Shown here: positions 61,057 through 64,000 of the stretch, one piece after another
Layout of the letters: every line of letters starts with the position of its first letter
Numbering within the stretch: position 1 is the first letter of the stretch
NCBI GenBank assembly: GCA_038087875.1
Contig: CM075992.1
Location: 9,178,001-9,242,000, forward strand
DNA from: Malacoraja senta
Taxonomy: Eukaryota
Reading direction: 5' to 3'
Length of the DNA: 64,000 nucleotides
The notes under the pieces: generated by a model
Told to the model about the DNA's origin: nothing
What the model saw: the letters and a program-made list of their open reading frames with translations, nothing else
The model's database searches: none
Translations under genes and position numbers: made by a program

Positions 61057-64000
61057 ATTTTTTTTTTAATTTTTTAATTTTTATTTATTAGAAGTACATT
61101 ACATTAGAACTACATACATTAGTACTCGTCACATATATCTTCGTACAATTAATGTACTCCGTTTGTTTTTTACACTAGTAAAGGGAAAGGATGAAATTGA
61201 GAGAAAGAAGAAAGTGAAGGAAAAAGTGAATGTGTAGAAAACATGACAACAAGAAAGAACGAAGACCCTATAAGAACAAAATTAAAAACAAAAGAAAAAG
61301 AGTTAAGAAATAGACCCTAGAAAAGAAGAAGAAAGAGAAAGAGGGAAAAGAGAAAAACAAATAGTTTTTGTAAGCATCACGCAAATGGGACATACCAACT
61401 CTCCAACTTTCATCCCCCCTTACCTGACCTCAGTTTGTTTTTTTAAGGTACTTTTGCACCCTATATTTGTAATAATTCTATAAATGCAGACCACGTCAGG
61501 TGGAAGTGATCTGGTTTACCTGCCAGGAGGAGTCTTATCTCTTCTAGGTGTAATGTTTCGAACATATTTGAAATCCACATGTTTATAGCTGGTATTGGAG
61601 CCTGTTTCCAAAATTTTAGGATTAGCTTTTTTCCAGTTATTAACCCATAGTCTATTAGTTTCTTTTGGAACACATTTAGTTCTGGACCATCTTCCGTTAT
61701 TCTGAAGATAATCCATTCTGCTTTGGGTATCAGTTTTATTTTAAATAATTTTGTAAAGATTTCAAAATTTTCAATCCAAAATTTTTGAATTTTTGTACAG
61801 AAAACAAATGAGTGCGCTGTAGTAGCTTCTTGGGATTGACATTTATCACAAATGGATGATACATTGGGGAACATTTTATGGATTTTAGTTTTGGAATAAT
61901 ATAATCTAAGTAAGATTTTAAATTGTATTAAAATGTGTCTTGCATTAATCGAACATTTATGCACGTTTAATAAGTGTTCATTCCACCTTTCCTTTGAGAT
62001 TTTAATAGCTAATTCTTGTTCCCAGTCTCTTCTGATACCCTCCGTAGATGGTATTTCTACATTTAAGATAATATTATACAAATATGATATTAAGTTTGCT
62101 GATTCAGCTTTTATCTGCATTGCATCATCCAATACATCTGCTGGGCTATTATAATGATCTTTTGTATATTTTTTCAAATAGTCGCATATTTGAAAATATT
62201 TAAGATATTGATTATTTACGAGTTTATATTTTATTTGTAATTGTTGAAATGAAAGTAATTTTCCAGTTTCATACAAGTCACCGAACGTTTTAATTCCTAG
62301 TCTATCCCAGTGTGTGAAAGATTTATCTATAATAGAGGGATTAAACGAAGGGTTATTAACTATGGGAGATAAAAAGTGATAGATTTCATAATTTTAAATT
62401 TTGTTTTATTTGTTTCCAAATTCGGATTGTGCTATGTATAATTGGGTTCTTATTATAATTTATGTTATTCAGTTTCATTGGTGAGAGGAGGATCGCTCCA
62501 ATGTTTCCAGAGGAGCAATCCTCTCTCCATTACAATCCAGTCCACTTGCTGGGCAGAGTTATCCATCAGTTGAATCATATTTTTAATATTTACTGACCAA
62601 TAATAATACATGAAATTAGGTAATGCTAAATCCCCTAATACTTTAGGTTTATTCAAGTGAGTTTTTTGTATTCTATGTGATTTATAGTCCCATATAAAAT
62701 TAGTGATTTCTGAGTCCAGTTTTTTTTTAAACTTCTTTGGTAAGTATATAGGAATCAATTGGAATAGGTATAAAATTTGTGGTAGAAAGATCATTTTTAT
62801 TGCATTTATTCGGCCTATTAAAGACATCGGGAGCGTTTTCCAAAATTTAATTAGTGTGTTTAATTTATTAAGGAGGGGATCAAAATTTGCTTTAAACATA
62901 CCTTGATATGTTCTAGTAATTTCGATTCCCAAGTATTTGAATTTTTCTGTAGCTATTTTAAAAGGGAATTTTAAAAGATGTGTTGAATCTTTCGGTTTTA
63001 TTGACATAATTTCACTTTTATTCCAATTTATTCTGTATCCAGAAAAAGATCCAAAGTCTTCAATTAAATTTAATATATTTGGTATAGTAATTTGAGGTTT
63101 TGTAATGTACAGTAATATATCATCCGCGTATAAAGATATTTTATTATTTGAATCTTTAGTATTATACCCATGGATATCAGGGTGTATTCTAATTTTTTCT
63201 GCTAACGGTTCAATAATAAGAGCAAACAACTGTGGTGATAATGAGCATCCTTGTCTATTTCCCCTTGATAGTTGAAATTTCGAGGATAATATGTTATTAG
63301 TTAGTATTCTAGCTGTAGGTTTATTATATAATAATTTAATCCATAGAATAAAATTCTCTCCCAGTTGGAATTTTTGTAATACTTTATCCATATAATTCCA
63401 TTCTACTTGGTCAAATGCTTTTTCAGCATCCAACGAAATAATTGATAATTCTTGTTCTTCAGATTTGTGTGAGTGCATTATGTTGAGTAAACGTCTCATA
63501 TTGTTAGATGAGTATCTCTTAGGGATAAACCCCGTCTGATCTGGGTTTATTAGTTTACTAATATATTTACTTAATCTTCTAGCTAATGTTTTTGCTAATA
63601 TTTTTTGATCTGTGTTTAACAATGCTATAGCTCTATATGAACCCAGTTCTTATATATCTTTGTCTTTCTTAAGTATTAGTGTAATCGTTGATTCCGCTAA
63701 TGTATCAGGTAGTATTTGTTTTTTAAAAGCATATTGGTACATTTTTTGTAATCTTGGTATAATTTTGTCATAGAAGCTTTTATAAAATTCATTAGTAAAT
63801 CCATCAGGACCTGGTGTTTTTCCATTCTTTAGTGAGTTTATTGTATCTTCTAATTCCTTAATTGAGATTTGTGCACCCAATTCCTCTTGTTCCTTCAACT
63901 CTAACTTTGGAAGATTACAATTATCCAAAAACTCTGTGATTTTATTGGAGTCAGTTGTCGTTTTAGATGTATACAAATTCTCATAAAATTGCGCAAATCT
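61057..64000 (-). mobile_element. L1-clade LINE, ORF2 RT and C-terminal region (frameshifted), 3' UTR and A-rich tail; runs off the window
   Basis: GKTPGPDGFTNEFYK, LNTDQKILAK, DQTGFIPKR, SLDAEKAFDQVEW, RGNRQGCSLSP, SLYADD, CDKC...H...C motif; T-rich tract at 61057-61088. Confidence 0.92.

Overview
Repeat-rich vertebrate DNA, most likely from a cartilaginous fish (skate/ray-type), inferred from the HE1-like SINEs, CR1/HER1 LINEs and Penelope repeats. Host genes are: the last coding exon of FARSA (minus, 6955-7060), left of a 200-N scaffold gap; a three-coding-exon SYCE2 (minus, 34166 to 16966, about 173 aa) with a CpG-island promoter at about 36.5-37.0 kb; and an intact single-exon 568-aa repetitive orphan ORF (plus, 51577-53283). 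The rest is mostly transposons (Rex/Babar, Penelope, CR1, L1, SINEs, Harbinger-like MITEs, and three copies of a 7-bp-TSD DNA element). The two most striking observations are gene captures by transposons. (1) A young non-autonomous Gypsy/Mag-type LTR element (56580-60886) has 178-bp LTRs with 2 mismatches, a GAATG TSD, a tRNA-Ser PBS and a PPT. It has no recognisable pol; instead it carries a stop-free block of ASPM-type IQ repeats that forms one ~600-aa Gag-linker-IQ ORF if a single indel in a 21-nt repeat is corrected. (2) A 3.3-kb TIR element with a 6-bp TSD, in a SYCE2 intron, carries a TDP2 exon-1-like fragment. Gene identities come from recognising the translated sequence, not from database searches.
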